Shown here: piece by piece, positions 1-9,190 of the stretch
Position numbering within the stretch: the first letter of the stretch is position 1
Layout of the letters: each line of letters begins with the position of its first letter
Source: Tissierellales bacterium
Lineage (GTDB): Bacteria > Bacillota > Clostridia > Tissierellales > Tissierellaceae
Assembly: GCA_014360205.1 (NCBI GenBank)
Contig: JACIXZ010000001.1
Span: 58,137 to 90,136, forward strand
Length of the DNA stretch: 32,000 bases
Reading direction: 5' to 3'
Program-made: the position numbers and the translations under genes
Notes under the pieces: model-generated
Seen by the model: only the letters and a program-made list of their open reading frames with translations
Told to the model about the DNA's origin: nothing
The model's database searches: none

Positions 1-324
1 AATGAAATATCTGTATTTGACATTGGCCTTGACAACAGGACTTGTGCAGATGGACTTGCAGTAGGCAGACCTTCTGGTTTTGTTGGTAAGTTTATAGAAA
101 ACATGATACATGGGTGTTTTACCGTAAGCGATGAAAAATTATTCTATTACTTAAAAGGGTTATATAGTTCAGAGAATATATTTATAGAACCATCATCATT
201 AGCAGGGTTTAATGGCATATCATTTACAAAGGATTTGTACAGTGGAAAATCTCCTTATTATATCATGTGGGCAACAGGAGGTAGTCTTGTTCCTGAAATT
301 GAGAGAGTAAAATTATTAAAGTAA
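1..324 (+). CDS. dsdA: D-serine ammonia-lyase (D-serine dehydratase), C-terminal part, truncated by window start
   Basis: Frame 1 is open from base 1: NEISVFDIGLDNRTCADGLAVGRPSGFVGKFIENMIHGCFTVSDEKLFYYL...FIEPSSLAGFNG, typical of the DsdA C-terminus. The track ORF at 103 is only the internal Met. Confidence 0.85.
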   Translation, partial: NEISVFDIGLDNRTCADGLAVGRPSGFVGKFIENMIHGCFTVSDEKLFYYLKGLYSSENIFIEPSSLAGFNGISFTKDLYSGKSPYYIMWATGGSLVPEIERVKLLK

Positions 325-385
325 GGATTTGAAAATTAGACTAAAAATATTTTATAATAACAAATTTTTGAAAGAGGGTGAATTT

Positions 386-577
386 ATGCCATTTATTCAG
401 TTTGACGGAGGACAAATGACAAGAGAACAAAAGATGGAGTTAGCAAAAAAACTTACAGAGGTATCTCATGAAGTATTGGGAATTCCGGTTGAAGCTTTTT
501 CGGTGATTATAAGAGAAAATAGTATGGACAACATAGCAACTGGAGGGAAGTTACTTTCTGAAAGGCATAAAAAATAA
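386..577 (+). CDS. 4-oxalocrotonate tautomerase-like small protein
   Basis: MPFIQFDGGQMTREQKMELAKKLTEVSHEVLGIPVEAFSVIIRENSMDNIATGGKLLSERHKK. It has a Pro2 after Met, matches the 4-OT family length and pattern, and has an RBS (gagggtg) upstream of the ATG at 386. Confidence 0.8.
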   Translation: MPFIQFDGGQMTREQKMELAKKLTEVSHEVLGIPVEAFSVIIRENSMDNIATGGKLLSERHKK

Positions 578-623
578 TTTAGGGATTGATTTTTAGATTA
601 TTCTATAATATATTATATTTGTA

Positions 624-655
624 AGGTGTGTTACTGGATTATCAGGCATGAACCT
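624..655 (+). promoter_or_regulatory. Ribonucleic antiterminator (RAT)-like element for a BglG/GlcT-family protein
   Basis: AGGTGTGTTACTGGATTATCAGGCATGAACCT carries the family pattern GTGTTACTG...CAGGCA. It overlaps the 5' arm of the terminator at 644-684. Confidence 0.75.
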
Positions 656-684
656 ATGTTTATACATATGGTTTATGCCTTTTT
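644..684 (+). terminator. Leader rho-independent terminator overlapping the RAT
   Basis: AGGCATGAACCTATG-TTTATA-CATATGGTTTATGCCT followed by TTTT. The long stem has one bulge and a G-U pair, and sits upstream of the glcT-like start at 708. Confidence 0.75.
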
Positions 685-707
685 ACATTTTAAAGGGGAG
701 ATGGATT

Positions 708-1562
708 GTGAGGGAAAAGAAATATAAAGTTAATAAAGTATTAAACAACAATGTTATCCTTGCAATCGATGTCGAGAAAATGCAAGAAATTGTACTTGTC
801 GGTAAAGGCATTGGCTTTGCTAAAAAAGCAAATGAGTTGATAACTCTGAGTGACAAAGAGATTGAAAAGTCATTTCTTAATTTTGATGAAAGCACTAAGA
901 AGGAATATCTAAATTTAATCAACGATATAGATGACAGGATAATTTTAATATGCGAAAAAATAATTAATATATCGGAGGCGGCATTTGGCAAATTAAATAA
1001 TCACATTCATATAGCTTTAACAGATCATATCAGCTTTGCCATGGAAAGAACAAACTCTGGTTTAGAGTTGTCAAACCCTTTTCTATATGAAATAAAAATG
1101 CTTTATCCAAGAGAATTTGAAATTGGAGAATTAGCAATTAAAATGATTAAGTCAGAGCTTGGAGTGGACTTAAAAGAAGTAGAAGCTGGTTTTATAGCTT
1201 TGCATATTCACTCTGCAAGGCAGAACAAAAACGTCAGTGAAACAATAAAAAATACAAAACTATTAATGGACTTGATTAGATTAATCGAAACAGAATTGGA
1301 CATTACAATAGGTACATATGAATTAACTTATACTAGGTTAATAAATCATCTTAGAACTAGCTTAAACAGAATGGAAGAAAATAAAAACATAAAAAACCCT
1401 TTATTAAATCATATTAAAGAACAGTTTACACAATCTTTCGATATAGCGTATAAAATAGGAAAGCATATCAGAGATATCAAACATATAGAGGTTTCTGAAG
1501 ATGAGTTAGGATATTTAGCGCTTCATATTGAAAGAATTAAAGAAATAAAAAATATAAATTAA
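708..1562 (+). CDS. glcT: BglG/SacY family transcriptional antiterminator, GlcT-like (CAT RNA-binding domain plus two PRDs)
   Basis: VREKKYKVNKVLNNNVILAIDVEKMQEIVLVGKGIGFAKK..., followed by PRD motifs with conserved His (HIHIALTDHI, ALHIHSARQN, LINHLRTSL, YLALHIERIK). GTG start preceded by aaggggag. Confidence 0.88.
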   Translation: MREKKYKVNKVLNNNVILAIDVEKMQEIVLVGKGIGFAKKANELITLSDKEIEKSFLNFDESTKKEYLNLINDIDDRIILICEKIINISEAAFGKLNNHIHIALTDHISFAMERTNSGLELSNPFLYEIKMLYPREFEIGELAIKMIKSELGVDLKEVEAGFIALHIHSARQNKNVSETIKNTKLLMDLIRLIETELDITIGTYELTYTRLINHLRTSLNRMEENKNIKNPLLNHIKEQFTQSFDIAYKIGKHIRDIKHIEVSEDELGYLALHIERIKEIKNIN

Positions 1563-1574
1563 GGGGGAGTTTTC

Positions 1575-3044
1575 ATGAAAAAATATTTTCAAAGGTTAGG
1601 AAGTTCTTTGATGCTGCCAGTAGCTGTACTTCCAGCAGCAGCTATACTTTTAGGTATAGGATATGCAATTGATCCTTCTGGTTGGGGTGGAGGAAGCCCA
1701 ATAGCTGCTTTTTTAATAAAAGCAGGTGATTCAATAATTGGGAATATGAGCATTTTATTTGCTATTGGTGTTGCATTGGGAATGTCAAAAGAGCGCGACG
1801 GCTCAGCTGCATTAAGCGGACTAGTTGGATACTTAGTTGTTACGACTCTTTTATCTACAGAATCAGTTGCAATGCTTAAAGGAATCGATGTATCAGAAGT
1901 GAATGCTGCATTTTCAAAGATCGAAAATCAATTTGTGGGAATTATCTCAGGATTAATAGCAGCATCAATGTACAATAGATTTAGTCAAGTAAAGCTTCCG
2001 GATGCATTAGCATTTTTTAGTGGGAAAAGACTAGTCCCCATAGTTACATCTGCTGTTATGCTACTAGTATCGATGGTATTATTGTTTGTTTGGCCAGTAG
2101 TTTATACAGGTTTAGTCAACTTTGGTACAGCTATTAGTGGATTAGGATTCATAGGAGCAGGTCTTTATGGTTTTTTCAATAGGTTGTTAATTCCAACAGG
2201 ACTGCATCACGCCTTAAACTCTGTATTTTGGTTTGATGTAGCAGGAATAAATGATATAGTGAATTTCTGGGCTGGTACGGGAACAAAAGGTGTTACTGGA
2301 ATGTATCAAGCCGGTTTTTTCCCAATAATGATGTTTGGTCTTATTGGCGCTGCAATTGCTATTTATCAAACAGCTAAACCAGAAAGGAAAAAGGAAATAA
2401 AATCTCTTATGATGGCAGCGGGTTTTGCATCATTCTTAACAGGAGTTACAGAACCATTAGAATTTTCATTTATGTTTGTAGCACCTATGCTATATTTAGT
2501 TCATGCAATATTAACAGGAATATCATTAGCTGTAAGTGCTTTTTTTCAATGGACAGCTGGATTTGGATTTAGTGCAGGGTTAATTGACTTTGTATTAAGT
2601 TCGAGACTTCCTTTAGCAAATCAACCATATATGTTATTAGTCCAAGGGCTTGTTTTTGGATTGATATATTATTTTATTTTTAGATTTTTAATAGTAAAAT
2701 TTGATATCAAAACACCAGGTAGAGAAGCAGAAGCTAGTTCTTATGAAAGTAATTCAATAGCAAAAGAAACTATAGAAGAGAAGAAAGAAACAAATGACAA
2801 ATTTTTGAAAATAGCAAACGCAATTCATTCTGGGTTAGGTGGGAATGAAAACATTGTAAATATAGAAAATTGTACTACACGACTTAGGATAGAAGTAAAG
2901 GACATTGATAAAGTAGACATTGAAAAGATAAAGAAAGCAGATGTTGCAGGAGTCAAAATAACAGGTCCTTATACTCTGCAGATAGTCATTGGACTACAAG
3001 TTCAATTTGTATGGGAAGAACTAGAAAAATTAAGAAACCAATGA
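1575..3044 (+). CDS. nagE: PTS EIICB, N-acetylglucosamine/glucose class
   Basis: MKKYFQRLGSSLMLPVAVLPAAAILLGIGYAI..., KLPDALAFFSGKRLVPI, NRLLIPTGLHHALNSVFWFD, FLTGVTEPLEFSFMF, TPGREAE, and EIIB motif NIENCTTRLRIEVKD. These residues read more NagE-like than PtsG-like; substrate not proven. Confidence 0.85.
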   Translation: MKKYFQRLGSSLMLPVAVLPAAAILLGIGYAIDPSGWGGGSPIAAFLIKAGDSIIGNMSILFAIGVALGMSKERDGSAALSGLVGYLVVTTLLSTESVAMLKGIDVSEVNAAFSKIENQFVGIISGLIAASMYNRFSQVKLPDALAFFSGKRLVPIVTSAVMLLVSMVLLFVWPVVYTGLVNFGTAISGLGFIGAGLYGFFNRLLIPTGLHHALNSVFWFDVAGINDIVNFWAGTGTKGVTGMYQAGFFPIMMFGLIGAAIAIYQTAKPERKKEIKSLMMAAGFASFLTGVTEPLEFSFMFVAPMLYLVHAILTGISLAVSAFFQWTAGFGFSAGLIDFVLSSRLPLANQPYMLLVQGLVFGLIYYFIFRFLIVKFDIKTPGREAEASSYESNSIAKETIEEKKETNDKFLKIANAIHSGLGGNENIVNIENCTTRLRIEVKDIDKVDIEKIKKADVAGVKITGPYTLQIVIGLQVQFVWEELEKLRNQ

Positions 3045-3072
3045 TATTAAAACAAAAAAGGAAGGTCAAAAG

Positions 3073-3561
3073 ATGTTTAATATTTTTAACAAGCAAAAGT
3101 CTTTATCTATCTATGCTCCAATGAATGGTAAGTTAATTGACTTAACTGAGGTGGAGGATCCAGTGTTTTCGGAGAAAATGGTCGGAGACGGAGTTGCTAT
3201 AGAGCCTAACGAAAACATTGTATTATCTCCAGTAAAAGGCAAAATCACTCTATTATTTCCAACAAAACATGCGATTGGTATTGAAACAGAAGAGGGATTG
3301 GAAATTTTGATTCACCTAGGCATAGATACAGTAGAGCTAAAGGGAGAAGGATTTAACGCATTTGTAAAAGTAGGTGATAGAGTAAACATTGGTGATAAGC
3401 TTTTGGAGATGAACATAGAAATAATTCAAGAAAAAGGGAAATCAACACATACACCTATTTTGATAACCAATATGGACAAAGTTAAAGAATTAAAACTTAT
3501 GAATAAAGATAGTGTAAAAGCTGGAAAAGATATAATAATGGAAATAATATTAAAGGACTAG
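3073..3561 (+). CDS. PTS glucose-family EIIA (Crr-like) component
   Basis: APMNGKLIDLTEVEDPVFSEKMVGDGVAIEPNE...KHAIGIETEEGLEILIHLGIDTVELKGEGF shows the EIIA-Glc fold motifs and the active-site His in LIHLGIDTV. Confidence 0.9.
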   Translation: MFNIFNKQKSLSIYAPMNGKLIDLTEVEDPVFSEKMVGDGVAIEPNENIVLSPVKGKITLLFPTKHAIGIETEEGLEILIHLGIDTVELKGEGFNAFVKVGDRVNIGDKLLEMNIEIIQEKGKSTHTPILITNMDKVKELKLMNKDSVKAGKDIIMEIILKD

Positions 3562-3583
3562 TTACTAGTCCTTTAGTTTATTT
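3552..3583 (+). terminator. Rho-independent terminator overlapping the EIIA stop codon
   Basis: AAAGGACTAGT-T-ACTAGTCCTTT with a T-rich tail. The stop TAG (3559-3561) lies in the 5' arm. Confidence 0.65.
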
Positions 3584-3674
3584 AAAAGATATTAATGTAC
3601 ATTAAATTTTAAAAACTTCTGCCGATTATACTAATAAGGCTAAGTGTATTTACGATTTTGGAGGGGTTGTGTGC

Positions 3675-5369
3675 ATGTTAAAGAACATCGATTTAAAAGT
3701 TTTTAATAAAGACAATCGTAAAGAATTAATATATACATGTAATGAGTTAAAGGATATATTGGAGTTTAAAGACTGGGAGATAATAGTTTTTGATGATGAT
3801 AATATAATTGGATTTAGCATTACTCAAAACATTGGGAATAAAAGTGATAAATTTCATCTAAACAAAAATAATATATACTGTTTTAATAAAGATAATGAGA
3901 ACGATAACATAAGGAAATTATTTAAAGAAAAAAAAGTTTTATTTATTGGAAATGATGAAAACGTATCTGAATCAGAGTTATATATTCCATTGTTTATGAA
4001 TAAGGATAATCATAAAGCACTGATAGGGACATTACATTTAACAGGCGGAGGGATTGCTTTTGATTCACTTATTAAAAATTTAGAAGATGATAAGATATCA
4101 ATGCTGGTTGAAAAAATTTCTGATAAATATGCGATTCACTATATAAGTTCACTAGAAGAGCAATATTTTAAGAATTTCATTCATCTGATTTTTGAAATAA
4201 TAAATGAAAAAGATCCCTCTATGCGATCTCATCCATATAATGTAGCATATTTATCAAATCTATTAGGGCAAACTCTTGGTTTTCCTCAAGAAAGGCTAGA
4301 AAAATTATATATGGCTGCATTGCTTCATGATGTTGGGAAATTATTCATTGACAGTAAAATTTTAAACAAAAAAGGAATACTAACAGATGAGGAAAGAAAA
4401 GAAATACAAAAACATAGTGAATATGGATACAATATTTTGAAGGATATACTTCAAAAGAATAATTCCATTTCAGGAATTGAAGATATTGTACTTCAACATC
4501 ATGAAAGATTTGATGGGACTGGATATCCAAATAGAATTAAAGGGAATAATATTTTACTTGAAAGCAGAATAATATTTATAGCTGATGCCGTAGATGCAAT
4601 GCTGTCGAGAAGAGCTTATAGAGAAGAAAGTTCTATTGATAATGTAATTAGTCAAATAAGAATGAATGCTGGGAAACAATTCGATCCAAAACTATCAAGG
4701 CTCATGATAAATATACTCGTGAATAACAAGAGAATGGAAAATATGATATTGGAAGAACCACTGCTTTTGGGTACATTGGTTGTTCCTCAATTAAATGGAG
4801 TAAAAAATATTCAAGGAACATTGATTAAGAAAAACATTGGATATGAGTTTAAAATTAATATTAATGACTTAAAGAAGAATGGTGATTCTCTTGTAAAAGC
4901 ACCTGAGGGTGTATTTTATACTCAAAGCAAGGGAATGGTGTACGAATATGACGTAAAAATAATTAATTGGGAAGATAACAATATATATTTATCTGATATT
5001 TCACCTAAACCATCAGCTAATTTCTTCAGCATGTCTTGGGAAATAGAAGGAAATCTTATTTTAGGCAAAAATATCGGTTCTGGTGTTACAATAAATAAAA
5101 TAGGTGGAGATTCATTGAGCTTTTACTTAGAAGAGGAAGATGCTGATAATATAGATTTCGACAATGTAAATGCCATCATAATCAAGTTTGATGAAGAAAA
5201 AACCTTAGTACAGGGTGAGATAATTAGGACTATAAAAATAGAAGATAAAACATATGCAGATTTTAAATTCATAGGAATTCCTGAAGCAACTAGGGATATT
5301 ATATTCCGTCAGATATTTAGGAAACAAGCAGAACTTAAAAAAAGAGCAAAGGACTTATTTGAAGAATAG
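3675..5369 (+). CDS. HD-GYP domain (c-di-GMP phosphodiesterase-type) protein with YcgR/PilZ-like C-terminal region
   Basis: AALLHDVGKLFI...HHERFDGTGYPNRIKGNNILLESRIIFIADAVDAM is an intact HD-GYP signature. The C-terminus has a YcgR-like barrel pattern (IQGTLIKKN...YEYDVKII) and a PilZ-like segment. ATG at 3675 is well spaced from ggagggg; the track GTG at 3669 is too close. Confidence 0.8.
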   Translation: MLKNIDLKVFNKDNRKELIYTCNELKDILEFKDWEIIVFDDDNIIGFSITQNIGNKSDKFHLNKNNIYCFNKDNENDNIRKLFKEKKVLFIGNDENVSESELYIPLFMNKDNHKALIGTLHLTGGGIAFDSLIKNLEDDKISMLVEKISDKYAIHYISSLEEQYFKNFIHLIFEIINEKDPSMRSHPYNVAYLSNLLGQTLGFPQERLEKLYMAALLHDVGKLFIDSKILNKKGILTDEERKEIQKHSEYGYNILKDILQKNNSISGIEDIVLQHHERFDGTGYPNRIKGNNILLESRIIFIADAVDAMLSRRAYREESSIDNVISQIRMNAGKQFDPKLSRLMINILVNNKRMENMILEEPLLLGTLVVPQLNGVKNIQGTLIKKNIGYEFKININDLKKNGDSLVKAPEGVFYTQSKGMVYEYDVKIINWEDNNIYLSDISPKPSANFFSMSWEIEGNLILGKNIGSGVTINKIGGDSLSFYLEEEDADNIDFDNVNAIIIKFDEEKTLVQGEIIRTIKIEDKTYADFKFIGIPEATRDIIFRQIFRKQAELKKRAKDLFEE

Positions 5370-5387
5370 GCTAGCCTATTCTTTTTT
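5362..5387 (+). terminator. Rho-independent terminator overlapping the stop codon of the HD-GYP gene
   Basis: AAGAATAGGC-TA-GCCTATTCTTTTTT. Stop TAG is at 5367-5369, inside the 5' arm. Confidence 0.75.
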
Positions 5388-5449
5388 AATTGAAAATGTT
5401 TGCGATAAGACCTATAATTATTGTAATAAATTTGAAGAGGTGATAATAC

Positions 5450-6190
5450 ATGTGGATATTAGCAGTTATTGGTTTAATGTTTATTTTCTTAGGTTTCGCT
5501 GTACATAAACTTAAATGGTACTTTTTGATTTCGGGATATAATATGATGCCAAAAGACAAGAAAAAGAATGTAGATACTGAAGGATTAGGGAAATTAATGG
5601 GCATTTATATGTATTTTATTGGAAGCTTATTTATATTAATGAGTATTATTTCATATTTTAACATTAAGATCATATCACAACTTAATGCTATTTTTATTTC
5701 AGTTTTTATCTTATCAACTATACTGCTTTTGATAAAAGCTCAGAAATACGATCATAATAAACGAGAGAATATTTTCAAATCCAAGGATAAAAATGTATTG
5801 ATAAGTTTGATCATAACCATACCTATAATTATATTTGTCGGAGTTATGATTTTTAGATCTTTACAGCCTGTTGAGATGGAAATAAATGAAATAGGGATTG
5901 AAATTAAAGGTATGTATGGGGATTTGTATCATTGGGAAGAAATTCAAGCATTAGAGTTGAGAGAAGACTTGCCTACCATAGAAATGCGATCAAACGGATC
6001 AAGCATTGCAGGGAAACATAAAGGATATTTTAAAACAAAAGAATATGGGAAAGTGAAATTATATTTAGATTCTAAAAATCCACCATTTATATATATGAAA
6101 GTAAATGATGAATATATAATCATTAATTTAGGGGAAAAGGAAAGAACAACAGAGGTTTATAAAAAGATACAGAGCTTAGATAATAATTAA
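5450..6190 (+). CDS. Membrane protein of unknown function (DUF3784-like N-terminus, PH-like soluble C-terminus)
   Basis: MWILAVIGLMFIFLGFAVHKLKWYFLISGYNMMPKDKKKNVDTEGLGKLMGIYMYFIGSLF..., with four predicted TM segments followed by a beta-rich tail. Confidence 0.55.
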   Translation: MWILAVIGLMFIFLGFAVHKLKWYFLISGYNMMPKDKKKNVDTEGLGKLMGIYMYFIGSLFILMSIISYFNIKIISQLNAIFISVFILSTILLLIKAQKYDHNKRENIFKSKDKNVLISLIITIPIIIFVGVMIFRSLQPVEMEINEIGIEIKGMYGDLYHWEEIQALELREDLPTIEMRSNGSSIAGKHKGYFKTKEYGKVKLYLDSKNPPFIYMKVNDEYIIINLGEKERTTEVYKKIQSLDNN

Positions 6191-6198
6191 GAGCATAT

Positions 6199-6256
6199 GC
6201 TATTTGGTGAATATTTTATTGGGAAATAACCAATAAGTCACCAAATAGCTTTTTTT
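6199..6256 (+). terminator. Rho-independent terminator
   Basis: GCTATTTGGTGA / TCACCAAATAGC forms a 12-bp outer stem with an inner TTATTGG / CCAATAA stem, followed by TTTTTTT. Confidence 0.8.
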
Positions 6257-6291
6257 ACATATAGAGAATGAGTATTTTTCGAATTTATAAG

Positions 6292-6308
6292 TTGGCACAA
6301 TTTTTGCA
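6292..6308 (+). promoter_or_regulatory. Sigma-54-type (-24/-12) promoter
   Basis: TTGGCAC-AATTT-TTGCA matches consensus TGGCAC-N5-TTGCW with exact GG-N10-GC spacing. It lies 35 nt upstream of the ABC transporter SBP start. Confidence 0.85.
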
Positions 6309-6342
6309 ATATTAAATATCAAATTGATGAGGAGGGAACTTT

Positions 6343-8244
6343 ATGAAAAAATCTGTTTCATGGCTACTTATAATTACAATGCTTGTGCTTACTTTAGCAG
6401 GATGTTCTAATAGTAGTACAGGAGATTATGAGGATGTTTTTTATGGCACTTTTTCAGGGGAATATAAGACAATAAACCCATACGATTTATCTTCAGTTAC
6501 AGGTTATACAATAATTGCTAATACTATAGATGGGCTTGTGGAAAACGATAAATATGGCATGGTTGTACCATCTTTAGCTGAAAGTTGGACTAACAATGAA
6601 GACTATACAGTATGGACATTTAAATTAAGACCCGATGTATATTGGGTAGATAACAATGGTCAAAAGACAGAATACAAAGTTACAGCAGATGACTTTGTTG
6701 AAGGAATTAGATATATAGCTGATCCAAAGAATGCTGCAAAGAATTTCAGAATTATATCGAATGTAATTGAAGGAATTTCTGATTATTATTATAATTTAGC
6801 AGACATCGATGATGGTGTTGATATTGGGATGACTAGAGAGCAGGTAGAAAATTCATTTGAAGAAACAGTTGGAGTAAAAGCATTAGATGAATATACAGTA
6901 GAGTATTCTTTAGCTACTTCAACACCGTATTTTCTATCATATTTAGTCATGGAACTTTTTTATCCAGTAGAGAAAGAATTTCTAGATAAAGTAGGAGAGG
7001 ACTTTGCAACATCTAAAGAAACTTTGCTTTATAATGGTGGATATTACATATCTACATGGGAAAGAGATAAGCTCATAGTGCTTGCTAAGAATGAAAATTA
7101 TTGGGATAAGGACAATATAATAGTAAAAGAAATAAATTTGCAAAAAGTTGGAGATGAAATAACAGGGCTTGAAATGTTTCAAAGAGGAGAATTAACAAGC
7201 TGTTCTATATCTGCAGATCAATTGAAAGCTCTAAAAGGCACACAATGGGAAAAATATGTAAATTTAAAAGACAAGAATACTGTTACTTTTTGGTTTACAT
7301 TAAATTATCAATCTAAAAATCCAGAATATAAAACTTTTGTGAACAATTTAAATTTCAGAAAAGCATTGCTTCATGGAATAGATAGAGTAAAGATATCATC
7401 ACTTTATGAACCTAATCAGCCAGAATTCTTTATTAGAAACACAATTATTCCAGAAGAAACAGTATTTGATCCTAACGGTGTAGATTATACAGATTATCCA
7501 AACTTGAAACCATTCAAAGAAAACAATCCTTACGATCCAGAACTAGCTAAAGAGTATATGCTAAAAGCAATATCTGAGCTTTGTGATGATAGTGGAAATA
7601 TAAGAGGAGTTGAAGCTTCAGCAGTTGATATGGATAGGATAGCTAAATTCAATGTTGATGGGAAATTGCCAGTAGATATAGTTTTAGCAACTACCACTGA
7701 CCCCGTAGAAACTAAAAAAGCATTGTTAATCGCAGAAATGTTAAAACAAAATTTAGGAGAAGAAAATGTAAATGTAATAGTTGGATATGCTTCAACGAGT
7801 TTCCAAGACGAAGTTTTTAGTCCAATGAATTTTGACTTAGTAGATGATTCTTATAGTTTTAGATTTGCTGATCCTTCTGCAAATTTAGCACGATTAACCA
7901 CAGACGGTAGCTTAAATGAAGGAGGATATAATATTCCTGAATACGATAAATTAGTTGAAGAAGCTTCGTTGAAGAGCGATTTAGTAGAGAGATACACAAT
8001 ATTTTCAGAAGCGGAAAAATATATGTTAGATAACGTTATTATAATGCCATATATGACCGGTGGAGGGTCTTACTACATGAGCAAAGAAGTACCTTTCCAA
8101 ACTCCAAAGGGACAATTTGGATTAACTAAATATAAGATGAAAGGTGCTAAAATTCAGTCTGATCCAGTGACCAAAGAAGAGTATGAAAAATTGAAAGCAC
8201 AGCATGAAGAAGAGATAAAGAAATTATTCCAAGAAGGGAATTAG
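6343..8244 (+). CDS. Peptide ABC transporter substrate-binding lipoprotein (SBP_bac_5, OppA-like)
   Basis: Signal peptide with lipobox LTLAGC; ...PSLAESWTNNEDYTVWTFKLRPDVYWVDNNGQ...; RBS ggaggga. Confidence 0.9.
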   Translation: MKKSVSWLLIITMLVLTLAGCSNSSTGDYEDVFYGTFSGEYKTINPYDLSSVTGYTIIANTIDGLVENDKYGMVVPSLAESWTNNEDYTVWTFKLRPDVYWVDNNGQKTEYKVTADDFVEGIRYIADPKNAAKNFRIISNVIEGISDYYYNLADIDDGVDIGMTREQVENSFEETVGVKALDEYTVEYSLATSTPYFLSYLVMELFYPVEKEFLDKVGEDFATSKETLLYNGGYYISTWERDKLIVLAKNENYWDKDNIIVKEINLQKVGDEITGLEMFQRGELTSCSISADQLKALKGTQWEKYVNLKDKNTVTFWFTLNYQSKNPEYKTFVNNLNFRKALLHGIDRVKISSLYEPNQPEFFIRNTIIPEETVFDPNGVDYTDYPNLKPFKENNPYDPELAKEYMLKAISELCDDSGNIRGVEASAVDMDRIAKFNVDGKLPVDIVLATTTDPVETKKALLIAEMLKQNLGEENVNVIVGYASTSFQDEVFSPMNFDLVDDSYSFRFADPSANLARLTTDGSLNEGGYNIPEYDKLVEEASLKSDLVERYTIFSEAEKYMLDNVIIMPYMTGGGSYYMSKEVPFQTPKGQFGLTKYKMKGAKIQSDPVTKEEYEKLKAQHEEEIKKLFQEGN

Positions 8245-8245
8245 T

Positions 8246-9187
8246 ATGAAAAAATATATTGTCAAAAGATCGATTCAATCATTAATAACAATATGGATAG
8301 TAATATTTGTTGTATTCATGCTTCTTAGATTAATGCCTACTTCTGGTTATTTTACGCGAGATGACTATTTGACTATGACTGAAGAAATGAGGCAAGCTTA
8401 TTTAAAAAGCATAGGTGTATTGGATCCGCCTTTAACACAGTTTAAAAATTTCGTAATAAATCTTTTCCGTGGGGATTTAGGTAGAAGTATAACCGTTTAT
8501 CCAAAACTTAGCATTACCACCATTCTCAAAGAAAAAATTGGATATTCTGCAGCATTTGGATTTGCGAGCATTGTCATTAGCATGGGCATTGGTATACCGA
8601 TGGGTATACTAATGGCTCGCTATAAGGGAAAGTTAATTGATGATCTAGGAACATTCTATTCGGTAATTGTAAGAGCTGTACCAAGCTTAATATATCTTTT
8701 TCTATTTCAAGTTTGGGTATCTAAAATATTTGGCTTACCGATGCTTTTTTATAAAAACAGACCTGAATCATGGATATTACCCGCAATATCAATGTCGTTG
8801 TCAAGTATTGCTTGGTATGCTATTTGGCTTAGAAGATTTATGGTTGACGAAGCTAATAGAGACTATATAAAGTTTGCTCAAGCTAAAGGATTGTCAGAAA
8901 GCTATGTTATGAAAAATCATGTCCTTAGAAATGCTTTTGTACCAATAGCTATTGGGATACCATCAGATTTGCTATTAATTATTTCAGGTTCGCTAATTAT
9001 TGAAAACTTATATTCAATTCCAGGCATGGGAGGTTTGCTTATAGATTCAATAAAGCAGATGGACAATAATTTAGTGCAAGCACTTGTTTTGATTTATTCA
9101 GTTCTTTCGGTATTGGGTGTATTTTTAGGTGATTTATTGATAGTATTAGTAGACCCTAGAATAAGGCTAACAGAGAGTGAGGATTAA
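8246..9187 (+). CDS. oppB: Peptide ABC transporter permease, OppB-like
   Basis: MKKYIVKRSIQSLITIWIVIFVVFMLLRLMP... with BPD inner-membrane motif EASRDYIKFAQAKGLSESYVMKNHVLRNAFVPIAI-like segment. Confidence 0.9.
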   Translation: MKKYIVKRSIQSLITIWIVIFVVFMLLRLMPTSGYFTRDDYLTMTEEMRQAYLKSIGVLDPPLTQFKNFVINLFRGDLGRSITVYPKLSITTILKEKIGYSAAFGFASIVISMGIGIPMGILMARYKGKLIDDLGTFYSVIVRAVPSLIYLFLFQVWVSKIFGLPMLFYKNRPESWILPAISMSLSSIAWYAIWLRRFMVDEANRDYIKFAQAKGLSESYVMKNHVLRNAFVPIAIGIPSDLLLIISGSLIIENLYSIPGMGGLLIDSIKQMDNNLVQALVLIYSVLSVLGVFLGDLLIVLVDPRIRLTESED

Positions 9188-9190
9188 ATT

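Noticed and set aside
683-991. Minus-strand 102-aa ORF antisense to glcT
   Set aside because: Lies wholly inside a strongly supported CDS and has no recognisable protein content; shadow ORF of AT-rich coding sequence.
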